Shown: positions 25,928-41,000, counted from the first letter of the stretch. The stretch: 64,000 bases of DNA from Octopus sinensis (GCF_006345805.1 NC_043004.1:48360001-48424000), one strand, 5' to 3'. The notes: generated by a model not told the origin, from the letters alone. Translations and numbers: made by a program.

Positions 25928-28900
25928 TTGTGTGTCTGTTCCCCTAGCATTGCTTGACAACCGATGCTGGTGTATTTACGTCTCCGTCATTTAGCGGTTC
26001 GGCAAAAAGAGACCGATAGAATAAGTACTGGGCTTACAAAAAGAATAAGTCCCGGGGTCGAGTTGCTCGACTAAAGGCGGTGCTCCAGCATGGCCGCAGT
26101 CAAATGACTGAAACAAGTAAAAGAGTAAAAGAGAGTATCAACACGACTTGATAGCATTTCATTAATTTCTCTAAGATCCCTTATCAAACCACACCTTCTT
26201 CTGTCACTTCTTGTAGCTTTAAATCATCAAAGACCAAACAGTTTACACTTCACATTGGTGAAACCAAGCTGTGAATGTCACTGCTAATTAAAACTACAAT
26301 CAATTGAAGTAAATTAGCCACTTTGGTAAATGGTGACTATAAAAAAAAGAAGTTTAATTCAGACTACATTTTACTACTCTTATTTTTGCTATATTTTACC
26401 TGGCTAAAATAACTAGTGATGAAAACAGACAGCTACGGGTCAATGATATTTGAGCAACGAGAAGTAACAGGTAACTGAAAACTAAAGAAAATATGTTAAA
26501 TAAAAGATGTTACTAACTGGGTTTATTGGGCCCTGCATTCTACCAGGATGGTTCATTCGCTGCATTGGACCAATTCCAGGATGACCTGTTGGAAAATAGG
26601 AAAAATAAATGAACTGATAGAAATGATGATGAGAGTAATGTTATGGATATATTTATGATGAATATTGTAGGTGACACTGTACTAATGTTATGTTGTTGAC
26701 TGAAGTGGGTGAAACAATGGTGTTTGTGATTTGTTTTTTTTCAACAAGAAAGGAAGACATAGTTAAAATTCAATGTTGATAAGACCCAATTAACACTTTA
26801 GAATTCAGATTAGCCTTTCAAATCTTATTTCTTCATCAATAACATTAATACACCAACTTGTTGTTTTTGTACGGATATACAGGTGGCGTGTGTACCTACT
26901 TCAAAAGAAGAAGTGTGGCAAAGCGGGAGAGAGCAGGACAGAGAGAAAACGAGAGCAACAGTGAGTGGAGATGGTGTTTGTTTTGGGTTTTTAAATGTTT
27001 ATCACATCGCAAGAGAAGTTGATACATAGATACATATACACATTGTTAAATTAAAGGCGGGAGAGAGGAGGGACACAGAAGAAGTGAGAGAGAAAATGAG
27101 ATAGTAGATACGTAGATCGAAAGAAAAGTTGACACATTGATACATAGACACATTGTTAAATCAAAGACAAATAATTACAGCAAATAATGGATGTCACTTT
27201 CACTTTTCATTACCACACGAGGATAAAATTAACTCACAAGTGGCTGAATACTCCACAGACATGCATACCATTAACATAGTTCTCAGAGAGATTAAGCCTC
27301 TCACATAATATGAGGCTGGCTCCTTTGAATTACAGCTACAACTCATTTTGGTCAGCTGAGTGGACTAGAGCAAGATATATCTTCAAGTGGTTGGAAGAAA
27401 ACGAAAAAAGATCCTATATAGCAACAGGGAAATCTTTTTAGTCGTTAGGGTCACTATGGGTGTTAATCCGGTCCTAACAGCGGGATTTGTGGGTTTCACA
27501 GATCTGGAGGCTAAGCTCTCGGGTAAACACCGATGCGCAGGTTGTTGTTAGCAAACTGAGCAAGAGTTGAGGGCGAATGAATACAAGATGGAATAGAAAT
27601 TATTTCATCTTAGCTTTCACTACTTATACAAAACACGACATTTTTGCCTTACGATATGGAATATTTCCTTTCCTTTGACTCTTTTTTAACAATGTCACTC
27701 CATCGGTTACGACGACGAGGATCTTCTTTATCTGATCAACAGAACAGTCTGCTTGTAAAATGAATGCAAAAGTGGCTGAGTACTCCACAGACAGGCATAC
27801 CATAACTTAGTTCTCAGGAAGATCCAACCTCACACAAAAGTGACAAGGCTGGCCCCTTTGAATTACAACTACAACTCATTTTTGCCATCTCAGTGGACTG
27901 CAGCAAGGTGATGTAGAGTACCTTGCTCAAGAATACAGCGCACCACCAGGAATTGTACTCTTGACTTTACGATCGTGGGCCAAATATCCCTAACCACTGG
28001 GCCACGCACCTTCACTCTCTTAACCATAAAGAAAAGGAGTGAAGCAATAGAAACAGAGACAGTGACAATTAGACTGAAATACGACAAATCTTTTCTAACT
28101 TCTTTACTTTTATTAATGAAGAAGAGAGAAAGACATTTAGTAATAAATAGAGAGAAAGTCTTTCGGGTGTTTATGTTCTCATTCTGAGAGTTCTAGAACG
28201 ATCAAGTGTTAGTTCTCCCTTCTTTCCCCCACCCCCAGTACTTATTTGCCTTCTTTCATAGTTCTTCATGTCTCTAAGTTGGTGGGGAAAGACCATGTTT
28301 ATTTTTTTTCAGGCAAGTTTAACGTTTTCTCTACACACTACAAACAAGCCCTACTCCATCCTTTTTTCCCCTCCATACAAAAACTAATGCAAATTTCGAA
28401 TGGGGGTATAGCTGTGAAAAGAGCCCAGAAAAATGGGTAACACTCCCTATAAAATGGGTGGGGGAGAATAGTTGCCAACAGGTGGCTACACGAAATTCAA
28501 CTCTATATTTTAAAGAATGTCTTCTACTATAGCTTCGGGCTGACCAAAGCCTCGTGAGTGAATTTGGCATGTTCTTATATCTCTTTTTTTTCTCCCCTTT
28601 CACAATTTATTTACAAATATCTGGTTGATATATATGACATAAGATCTCTGTTTTCCTTCTAATTTTCTGATGTTTTTCTAAATATTTTTGCACTGAGGAG
28701 AATGGTAATACATAATTAAATTAATTTCATTTAATTATTATTGTAATTAATTTAATTTTTCCCATGTTTTTTCTTACATGTTGGTATTATCATTCGAAAC
28801 GGTTGTATGCAAAAATTAAATTTAAAAAAAAAATCTTTTGACATTCTTCTCTTCTATTTTTTCTAATGGTTAGTTGTGTTTTATGTAAGATTTTATCTTA

Positions 28901-29051
28901 TACATGCCTATAACAAACATTTTACTTGTTATTTTCATATTTTAAATGCTTGCGATACCAAGCTATTAGTTTGATATGAAGAATCTTTATTAGAAATATA
29001 TCTTTTTGGTCACCCCAAAAAGTTTAAATTGTTCTACTTGAACTTATCTTT

Positions 29052-29088
<37 letters not shown>

Positions 29089-32000
29089 TCATCATTATTA
29101 TTATTATCATCATCGTTTAGCGCCCGCTTTCCATGCTAGCATGGGTTGGACGGTTCAACTGGGGTCTGGGAAGCCAGAAGGCTGCACCAGACCCAGTCTG
29201 ATCTGGCAATGTTTCTACGGCTGGATGCCCTTCTTATATATATATTATGCGTGTGTGTTTGTGTCTGTGTTTGTCCCCCCAACTACAATTGTTTGACAGC
29301 TGATGAAGACAGCTGATGAAGGTTGGAGGGCATATCAGCCAAAACATATTAACAACAAACAAGATGAGGCCAAATATCCGTCAAATGTAAATAACGTACA
29401 TAATTCCTCATCTCTTAATTATAGAACTGTATTAACATTTTCAATTAGAACATGGTGTACAGTATATATTTAGCCAGGCATATCAAGCTTCTGGCTTCAA
29501 AACCAAGCCCCACTATCGTATCTTCAATACTGAAAATTAATATTAATATTTCAATCTTTGAGTAATATGAAGTGAAGAAGACGCAGTCAAATAGGCCGAA
29601 AACATTGATTTAAGACCAACAATGCCACCTTAGATTGATGTATGACCAACTATGCAACTTAGTGAACAGATATCTGCAAAGAAAACAGCCACAACTTATC
29701 TAATACAACAGTGGCAGAGGGATCAGTTAGCTAGCCTCTCATAGTAAATGATACTTAGCAGATAATGACGGTTGTACAAATTTCTTCAGGTTCACAGACA
29801 TTAAAGCTCCAGAAGCTTCTCCTTTAAACAACTACTATTCTCAATTTCATTTGAATATTTTGATAAAGTCAGTGTGAACTAGCATAACTCTTTTACTGGG
29901 TTTTAGTTAATGGACTATGGCCATGCTGGTTGATCGTTCATTACTGTGACATCTTGGAATCAATTAGGTAGCTATGGCACCAGTGAAAACTTCACTTTCA
30001 AGAGAAAACCATCAGTGGTTACAACAGTTTCCATTACATAGAAGAGAAGAGAAATATTTCTTTCCTTCTAATTACAAATTAATCCTTTAACCACAAAACT
30101 AAATTTCATCATTAGTCCAGTAATGGTGTTAAATGTCTACCAAAAATTAGAATTGATATTTTCTGCAAGTCATGTTGCCTCAATAAACTTGACATATTTT
30201 AACACACACACACACAAAAAAATAGTTTCAAACATGACATTTCAGGATAGACTAGTGTATAAAACTGCTTTTCACAGTTAAGAGTAGTGAAATTTTGAGT
30301 GGATATATCTGATTTCTGCTGTAAATGGGTTAATTAAATAACAACATTGAATATTTATACGCAACTGCTCTTTGGCCATTCAGCTGGTATACCAGCACTT
30401 TACCAACCTATCAAATATATCAGAATCACTTTTACTTTATATACACCTGGAAATCATCAAAACAACAAAACAGAAATGTCTTTAATAATTAACTGAAAAG
30501 AAGCTTACCTGGCCTTGGGTCCATACTGTTTGGCATTGACATCTGCCCAGCAGCTCCCCCTGGAGGCTACAATCATAAACACAAAAGTATTTACAATATC
30601 TAATTATGCAACAGAACATATTCTTATAAATCTTACAATTGCTTCACATTTTGTTTGTAGCAAACACTTTTCAAATATAGAAAGGTATGACCACCACCAC
30701 CACCATCATCATCTACCATTTGTTTTTTATGCTGGCACAGGTTGGATGGTGTGACAGGAGCTGGCGCTAGGCAGAAGACTGCTCTGGGCTTCACTGTCTG
30801 TTTTGGCATGGGGGGTGAACTCCCTAAAAGAGTAGACCATCAGGCTAAAATATTGATAAGCTAACTATAACAACTAAGTATTTATTATACAGTTAATATC
30901 TATTAGTTATATAATATACAATACGTATCAACATAAAATAATGCCCTCCTACTCTATCTTCAGCTATGTGAGCTTTTTAATCAAATTCCAGGATACTCTG
31001 TCATGTGTGTTATTAATCTAAACACATTACTTCACTCGGATCACTCTTGGTTGTCACTCATAATTAAAAGGTTATTATTTAGCTTGCTACAGCTATGAAA
31101 ATGTTCAGATTTTCAAAGTCATCAAACCCATGCTTGTATGGACAAATACAAATCATCCAATTGCGTTTAGGCATTAGCAACAAAAAAAAAGGGTCAGTGG
31201 GAATTCAGGAAATGCGTGTGTGTGTGTGTGTACAGACACACACACACACACACATTTCTCATGGAGTAAAAGGTTTAAAAAGTAATTTAAGCTCCATTGC
31301 TGGGTTTTCAATCCAGTTTCTATATAATTACTGTATGTTTAATGTCATCAAATCTCATTAAACAATAAAAGGGGGTGGGTATTATGAGGCTTTCCAATAT
31401 GACAACCACATCTCTCTAAACTCTGTCATCCTTCAAACAGAAGAACAGATCTCATTATCTAAAATGAAAGTCAACACATGTCCTAAAGTCTGCTGACATT
31501 GTATAAGTAATACATATCAATACAATGCTATATACATGTGTGTATGTGCATGTTTAATGCATGTCATGTCCCTGTACAGTACATCATATTTATATGGGTG
31601 TATATGTTGTATACAAGAATGTAGCAATACATGGTAATATGTCATAGATTTTCATAGTTAGAACCAAGTTTTGTAGAATCTGAGTTAATATAAATTACTG
31701 ATAATTTCTTATATAGCTGAAGAATATGATTCCCAAAAATGATGACAGCTGTGATACTAATAATGGTGAGATACCTATAAACTCCACACTGGATAGTAAG
31801 GATTTTCAAGATGGTCCAGTAATATCTATTAACAAAAACTGACAAGCTCAAAGAGGATATGGACATGAAATAAACTTACATTAAAATCTACTTGATTTGG
31901 CATCCGAACTGGTCCAGGGGCACGTGGGCCACCTGGAAATCTGGGTGACATGAAGGGCTGGAAACAAAAGAGACATTCATTAAAGTTTATTGGTCCTTGA

Positions 32001-35000
32001 AATACATTTATATAGACTGAGAAGCTAGAAAATTACCTAAAAATATAAATATATTTTTTTAGTTTTACTGAAGGCCACAGTAGTAAATGATTAACATTAT
32101 ATCAATTAGTTGTTATTGATACTAGTTATCAGTTTTTACTAATTAGTAAACATACATCTCTTGATCTTCCAATAATCCTAATATACTCATTATGTTCACT
32201 AATTGTCATATAGGCTTTTTATCAAGTTTGCACACTAAAATCAGTCTTCATATTAACTGATGTTAATTTCCTAATTAATCCAGATAGTTATAAATATCAA
32301 TATTACGGGAAGTAAAACAGTTGCACAAATAAATTCAGACTCCCCCGCTATTTTTCAAGTCTGACTTGAAAAGCTACAAAAGAGATGGCATAGAGAAAAA
32401 ATTTATGTAGTAATAATAACATTTGCATTATATGAATTAAATTAATAAAGAGTGGAATATTTTTAGGCCATAAATGGGAATTAAAAGTATAAAGGGTTTT
32501 GATGTGTCCGGAAGAATTTCTAAACTTTCCAATGTCACTCCAGAACTTCAACTAATAGCAAGATAGTCTGTCATAGAATTCCTATTAAGTTTTCCAATGA
32601 GAGAAATTACCTTAATTTGCAAAATCAGTTAATGAAAAAACATAAATGTATTTGAAAGTTAAGCAGACATGCTACTGGCTAAAGCATTCAACACAACCTG
32701 TACTCGAGAAAAGTGCCAACTGAAGTGTTTAGTGGCTTTAAAACCATTTGGCTTTGGCCATGCTGGAGCACCGCCAAGATTTTAGAAACTATGAATATCT
32801 TGCAGTAACGTAAGAAATTCTAATACTGAATGGAAATTATATAAAGTCAGAAGGATCATTTTAATTCATTTGAGAAATATATTTTTTTTAAAGTTCAAAA
32901 ACAAAATTTAGTAAACATGATGAACTGGTGTTTTAATACAAGGCAGCAGAATAAAACAAAAACAAAAAGAAGAAATAACAAAAAATAAACAGCTCTCAAT
33001 CCACATTGACAGTTGTAAGAACAAGCATATAGGTTTTTTTTTTTTTTTTTCAGTAATCATGCAGAGAACATTCCAACATCACTTACCAAACTTCATCTGT
33101 ATGTACAGATGGGGCAAATTAAAAGTAAAATAAAACAAAAGAATACTCTGGAAACTAAAGATTTGTGTTACATCTCAACCATTATTGAATTAGAGAAAGT
33201 TTGGAGACTAGAGAGAGAGAGATTTCACATACACATTCATTGGTCTTTAGCAGAAAACAAAGAGAGGGAGAGATATACAGGTGATAATTATGTTGATGAC
33301 ATCTACCTGGCCTTCTTGTCATAACAAGTGTCTTCTAAGTAGACTAACATGACCTTCATTTCTGTTTAGTCAAAGGGGACAACTGACCGACCAACTAGTT
33401 ACTTTTCTTCCATTCTTATCTTTCTCAGAACATAAAAGAAACGGGTAGAAACCTATTTCCCACATGAGTAATGGTGGTTTGGCTATATTTCTGTTTGTCA
33501 ATGTTCTTACATCGAGCTCTATAGACCACAGCTGGAACCCAAGTAAATGTAGACGTATAACTTGATATTTTTACCCAATATAATAGAAGCGTGTAGTCCA
33601 TTTCTACTGGATGACTTCTACTAATTTTTTACATGTCCAAATATAGCAGCATGAACTTGTTATACTAGTCTTTACATTTCAAAATGGCCTTGGTAAAGTA
33701 ACAGTCATGAGGTGTGTTTACAGAAGAGAGAGACCATGTAAAGGTTTATGAATTCACTTATACAAACGAATATTCTCAACTTATCAACATCGGTTTTTTA
33801 AGATGACAAAGGAAAGCACAAAATGTAAAACTGAAGTTGCTAATAATTACAATTCAGTGATATTTTAAAACTAGACTATATTCAATACAACTAATTCAGA
33901 ATTTTGAGCCAGAATTGAAGTCAGATTGTTGGTTGAAGATTAGATGATGCAAATATGTACATGGAAGAGATACATGAAGTCACTGCTGCTATATTATTTG
34001 GGTTAGTGAAACAACAGAAATAGCCAAAAGCAGAAGAAATTGGAAGGACATGTCAATCACAGAAAAAACGAGGTTTTATTTGCAGTTTTGATTCACGGAG
34101 CAGAAATAAAAATTAACTTTAGTGCAACAAATATAACAATTCTTGAATGGGAGAATAGCTGTCTCAATTAATTAACTTTTGAAAAACAATTTAGGTTATA
34201 TAGTGGTGGAATCTATCATGAATTGTCTGTCTTTCGCAGGAGATAAAAAAAACAATACTAATATAAACAAAAAGTTTTAAGCAGACAACAGCAAATAAGT
34301 ATCAATATGGGTAATTAATGTTAAGACAGTGGATATCTTAATGAATTTGAGATGGTTCATAAAGTACTCCACTAATCTCCTCCCAACTTTCCTACTTTAA
34401 TTTGTCTAATTGGGAAACAGAGAATTAAGATAATCTCAACATCACCTGGTAAGAGTGTACAATGTAGAGCTGACTGATGGCTAGTTAGTACACAAAGGGA
34501 ACAAAGAACATGAACATGTTCAGCAGATCCCATTTGTGACTAAATACAAACAATAAAACCCTAACAAAAAAGTCAGCTGGAGGTAGGTGCAGTACAGAGA
34601 TGGTAAAGTATCACCATACGGGGCAAATTGAGGAGAATTTTAATCTCTCATCAGTCAGCTGGATAAAGGATGTGCATATTAAGTGACAATATAGGGTGCC
34701 ATGCCAACAAGTGTCAAGGTTATATAAAAAAAAACAGTTGACCTTTACAGTTTTTTTTTAAACCTTTAATCAGGGAGAGAAAGTTAGTACCCATGATCAT
34801 TTAGTTTTTAGGACCTTTGAGACGAGTGATAAAAATAAAGGGAAGAAGTTCTCAAAACCTAGTTAGAATGTATGCAACAGAGTACACACCACTTAAAGCA
34901 CCCAAGGAAATGGATGACAATTTAAGGCTGAACTGAAACTGCTTATGACCCACTTCTTCGATTATACAAATATTCGACTTGCTTTCTCTTGATCCTTAAT

Positions 35001-38000
35001 TTTTGATTGAGTGCATGGAGGCAGGGCCGTCTCTAGGTTATGAGACATTCTGATCAAGAATCTAACCACAATGTCTACATATTACATACCACATGCACAA
35101 AATAATGCAATGGCAGCATAATAGAGACACATGTAGCGAAAATTTAAGCAAAACAGCTGGGGGTGACAGTGGAGTCTTATTTCCCCTTTATATATATTAA
35201 ATTATATACCAGCCTGAAGGAAGTGAACATAAAAATGATGATGACGGTGATTATATATATGGCATGATAGGTAGATAGTGTATGAAGAGAGACTCCAGGA
35301 TGGAGGGAAGCTATAGAGAGATGCATTGTTTGTAGAAATGGCTGGTCTAAACTCAGCACAGCAAGTTATTTGCTGATTCTGAAGTGACCCCCTAAATACA
35401 GTACTGAACCATTCCTAACATGCAGCATGTACTCGGACATTTACTGTTAAGAATTTCACCACAAATATAGCAAGCACTAGAAACAGCTAACCTTTTTTAA
35501 CTGCTAGTATATCACACTACCAACTGGACCATCAGTAACTTTATGTGTTTGAATGTATGTATCTACAAGTATATGAAAGAGTGTGTGTGTGTATATGTGT
35601 GTGCATTACACAGAAAGGAAGAGTATCGACAGGGTTCTGTTGATTTGCAGAGTATTTATGAGGCGCCTACCTAAAATACTAGATTTTCTTAAAAAAAATA
35701 TAAGGGGCTGAAACAGCACCCACATCCTGGACATTGATATCCAATATTGCATAACAGTGTGTGTGTGAGTGTGCGCAAGTGCACATGCATACATTGCTAT
35801 AGTATAAATATCAATGTCAAATCCCCTGGAAGTTGACTGACCAATATGGTATAGAAATTTTTTCTTTGTAAATATTTATTGCAAAGTTTATATTTTCAGA
35901 ATATATAACTAAGTGAAAGATTTCATCTTTGGAGGCCGAATTTTTGAGAAATATTTCCTTTCAGCTGTTTTGATTAGTTTTGATCTCTTGTTGCTACTAA
36001 CATATTCATCAACTGACATTTCACTGTACCTCGTTAGTTACACAATATCAGACTAGTTTCAAACTACAAACTTTTATTTGTTAACTGCAGCTAATTAAGA
36101 TTGTATTTCCTAAACACTAAATTTAGGAGTAATTCTTGCATTATATGAGTCAGTATACACACACATCATTTTATGTCACTTGCCTGTGGGGGTCAGATGG
36201 AGTTTAGATTTTTCTAAGGCAGGATGCCCTTCCTGTAACCAAGCCTTACCTATTTCCAACCAAGGTAATATTTTGTGAGAACATGTCAGGCTATGGGGGA
36301 AATATTAGAAATGAATGACACTGCTGCTTGTGTGACTGTGACACTTGTTTACAACCATCATGTGATGTCAAGACAAGGAGACACAAAAACACACACTCAC
36401 ACAGAACTTCTTTCAGTTCCCATTTACCAAGGATTTGGTCAGGCCAGGACTTATAATACAAAACACTTGCCCATACAGAAGGGCCAAATTGGAACCATGT
36501 GGTTGGGAAGCCAACTTCTTATCACACAGCCATACATACACAAACATGTACATATTTAAATACAGTTCCTCGTACCAATGCTGGCTATTATCATATATAA
36601 GGTAAATGAAAACAATCGAGTGATCCAACTAATGGAAACACTGTGCGGATGAAAATAATGGAAAAAACGTTTTCTATCTCTGAAACTGAGGTTAATAATC
36701 TGAAAAATTTATTATCCATATTTCTTTTCAGTTATGGGGTAAAAAAATCCCAGCACAGGTTATCATGTGACGAGTTCCCATTTAAAATGTGACCAACTCG
36801 TTAGTATTCAGATTACTCTGGCACATGGAATGTTGTTTCTTCACAATGTGTTCAATTAATTATGCATTATTTTTGTAGCTTCAAGATTTCAATGATATAA
36901 TTATTTTTAGAATGACATTGTAAGGTAGGAAAGGCCAGATCTGAAAAGTTTAAACACAAAACAAGTAGAATATTTGAACCAAATAAGGCTGGTTTAAATG
37001 CTAACAGGTTAATTTGCTGCAAGGAGGGGCTGTTCATATTCCTCCAAGACAAAGGTTATAGACATGTTAAAAATGATGATGGATATACTGTGTGTGTGTG
37101 TGTGTGTATATATACACACACACACACATAAACAAAAAGATAAAATAATTTTTGGATCTCTGAGTATGCTTAGCCATTGCATAAACCTCAGCCTGCAATC
37201 ATATTCATTATTGTAATTTTATCCTCGTTAGATTGGTATTATATCCCTCACCGATGCCTTTCAGAACAAATTGCAACAACTTCTACTTTCAGTTCTGAGA
37301 ATGATGTGTGATAAACACGCATGTTTATCCCATATTTCTAACAAATACAATACACTAATTTTCCACAGATATTCAATCCTAATTTTAGCTTCCATTAGCT
37401 TTTCCTGTATACTAACATTTTAGAAACCAACTGTAGGAATCATAATTTCTGCAGTCTTATTTATCTAATTCCTCAATGATATTATTATTATTATTATTAT
37501 TATTATATCAACATCAAAAAATATATTGGAATCGATTTTTGAAATTTTATATAATACGTAAGAAATGGCTAAAATATTGAAATAAAACCACAGAAGGAAA
37601 CCAAAATGGCACTCTGTAAGACTTAAGTGCTAACATAAAGATGGTTGTAATTTTGGAGTATAAATATATAAGAATGGTCTCTGGTATTAGTCATAGTTCT
37701 ATAACAGTATAAAGATGGTACAGCATTAATCCACATAGTATGATTATATTTTTGAAATGCTTCAAGATTACTTTATTCTATTTCATAATATTTCCGGATG
37801 AGTGTGTTGAGTTAACTAACCAACTATGATACAAAGCTGTTTTTTTGTTTTCTTTGTGGACAGAATTATATTGTAGAAGTAGCTATTTTGTTTAATATAC
37901 TTCATGGTTGCAGAAGATTTATTAGGCTAACAAGTATAAGTTTATTTAATAGCAATTGCAGTGAAAAACTTAAATAGAAGAAACAAAGGGAAAATACATG

Positions 38001-41000
38001 CTATGGTCAGTTGATAACATTGACAACATACAAAGGTAAAACTGATTGACCATTTGATTATAATGGAGATGAGAAAGATTAAGCTGGTGAAAGAATGAGC
38101 AAGAGAAATATAATGTAATCTGTGAGTTATTCTTATAGTATGTATATTTTATTGAATTCTTAAACTGCTGTATGCTTCTTTGTGTATATATATATACATA
38201 CGTATGTACGTGTGTGTGTGTGTGAGTGCATGCATGCAAACAAACAAACACGCGCACACAAACATACATAGAGGATATGGTCAACCCAACACACCAAAGA
38301 AGGAGGCGACTCCAAAGCGACTCTGAATAAGAATGATTTAAACTACAGAAACCCATTCAATCCTGGCCATGAAAAGTGATGATGACAATGATACGTTTGT
38401 ACACACACAGGTATAGTATTGCGAAATGGTTAAGAAGTTTCCTTCAAAACTATGATGTCCCAAGTTCAATCCTACTGCACGGCATCTTAGGCAAATAGAA
38501 TTTCCTATAGACTTAGGCCAACCCATACCTTGTGAGAGAAATCGAATAGGTGAAAACTGTATAGAAGCCTATTAGATGGTCTGTATTTCTAATTGAAAAC
38601 TACAGCTTTGTCATACACATGTTGATTCTTTCCTTAAGAATCACATTAAGGGCACATGTATCTATTGAATGGTTCCATTACCTACAAGCTGGTTTAAAGA
38701 GCAGGAAATTCAGTTAATCAAGCATTAATAGATTTTGGAAAATTAAATAGCAATTTCATAAATTTTTTGGACAACATATTTGGCTAAATATCACCTGGTG
38801 AACTGGGTTGATTGCATAACAATACTTATTTCTGTAATGTTGTCTAATATATTATATAAAGACTTTGTATTTTGGGAGTAGACCATGCTATCGAAATACA
38901 TGCAGTGAAGTTGTGAACTAGGTTTGTTTTTGCTTAAATGTGTATATATAAGAAACACACATTAACCCTTTCATTACCAACCCAGCTGAAACTGGCTCTG
39001 GCTCTTTAGTACAAATGTCTTGTTTTCATGAGTTTTGAATTCAAATCTTCCACCAAATCTTGGTTAAAATTTATGTTCCTAACACTAGCTTAATGATAAC
39101 TAAGTTATTTTACTAAATTCTTTGGTATATTTAAAATAATTGAAAGAAACACAGAGCATCTCAAAATAAATACAGTAATGAAAGGGTTAACGCCTTCTCA
39201 CTACTAAGCTGCCTTTGTAACAAGGAATGGTATTGGGTCTGTCCATATTGAACAACATCCTTAACCACTACTCCTCTTTGCTACTAGCCATCATTTACTC
39301 TGCTCTACATCACTCTTTCATTACATCTACAACTTACATTCGCTTAACACTCTCCATATCTGCTGCTATCCACCACCCACTTCTTACCATGTTATGCATC
39401 AATACTCTCCCTCTCGCTCTCTCTGTCACATTACTACCACTTCTGTCTCTATATAGTGTCATGTGCAACTCTCAATCACACACACACACGACTCCCTCTT
39501 GGCTCACCATTCATTCCCACTATTCATTCCCCACTTCCTCCATCATACTTCTCCAGTTGTCTTTCTATTTCAGCCTCTTGCCAACAACCAGTGTGTAGCT
39601 GCTATCACTGCCCTCCTTTTCCTGCTCCCATCAATACGTTTCTCGCATCATGCTCTCTCACACTGGTTCTCTCTGTCATCACCTTGTTGCGCATTAATCC
39701 TCTCAGTCACATTTTCTTGATCACATGGAATTGTAATGTGTGTGTGTGTGGGGGGGTAGAACCCTGTGCACTTGAAAAGTACATTCTCTAGCGGTTTCAG
39801 TTGAAGACATCTACACAGACCAACCCATAGCCTAGCATACAACTCTCAAGAAACAACTAACTGTTCAGAGGGGAATTCATACGAATCAAACACTACGATC
39901 TATAAAGCCAAACTGAGTGTGATCCCAAGAAACTGCATTGGCTGAACAGTCAATGACTTTGAAATAAGATTTACAAAGCACATGCGTATCTTTTGATGCT
40001 GGAGAGTTGAAAACTCTACATCCCTATCTTGCCTCATCAGCAGACAGGGGGATCAAGGAAATGACTTTGCCAATATCACGGGGGGGCATCCTTACTCACC
40101 TGGAGCTTGTAATTGTTACTGCTGCCTTCATGAAAATCTGCATACACTCCAACAGCCTGCAGTATCCATCAACAGGGAAACTGACCTACCAGTTTGTTGC
40201 CGTTAGGGAAACACCATGTTAATTAACTTCAAACCGTTGACCACTAACACCACAGAAAGACTACCTTAATGCTATGTGGCCCATAGACAAAAAAAAAATT
40301 TATTTTTTAAGATAAACAACACCTGTGTGCTCATACTGAGGTAGCACTGACCACCAAAATTACCTACCATTGCTAACACCAAGCAACAACAGCCGTCAAA
40401 ACATACCAACAGGTAACTTCGCATAGCCAGACAGTTGACCAAGTAACAATGAACAGTGGCAGGCATATGTTTTCAACTACTTTTGAGGACCAATCCACTT
40501 TAGATGTGGAAAACTAGCTGGTACAATTTGACTGTCTGTTTTCACACATGGAACAACATTATAACATTTGCTATTGCTAACCTGACACGTTGAAATACCT
40601 TAACAGAACCAACCAATATAGGCACCCATACATTCCCACCTGGAAGCCATCCTTTTCTGTCTTCATCACTGATCTGAAAGCAACTGACTAAGGCTTATGA
40701 ATTGAAACTTCAAATAATGAAGGACTGAGTCAACTTTCTAAAAGACACACACACATTTATTTCACTTCAATAACATGTTAGGTGCTTCCCAACCCCTTTC
40801 ACATGTAAAACATGACACATATGTTCCTAAATGGAACAAATTGGTGAAATTTAATGAGATACAATGATCAATGCACACACAACACAGCATATATACACCT
40901 ACACACACACACACACACAATCACTATTTTAACGTCTGCATTTTCATACTGGGGTCAGGTAGAATTCATTGAGGCAAACTTTCTATGGCCAAATGACTAG

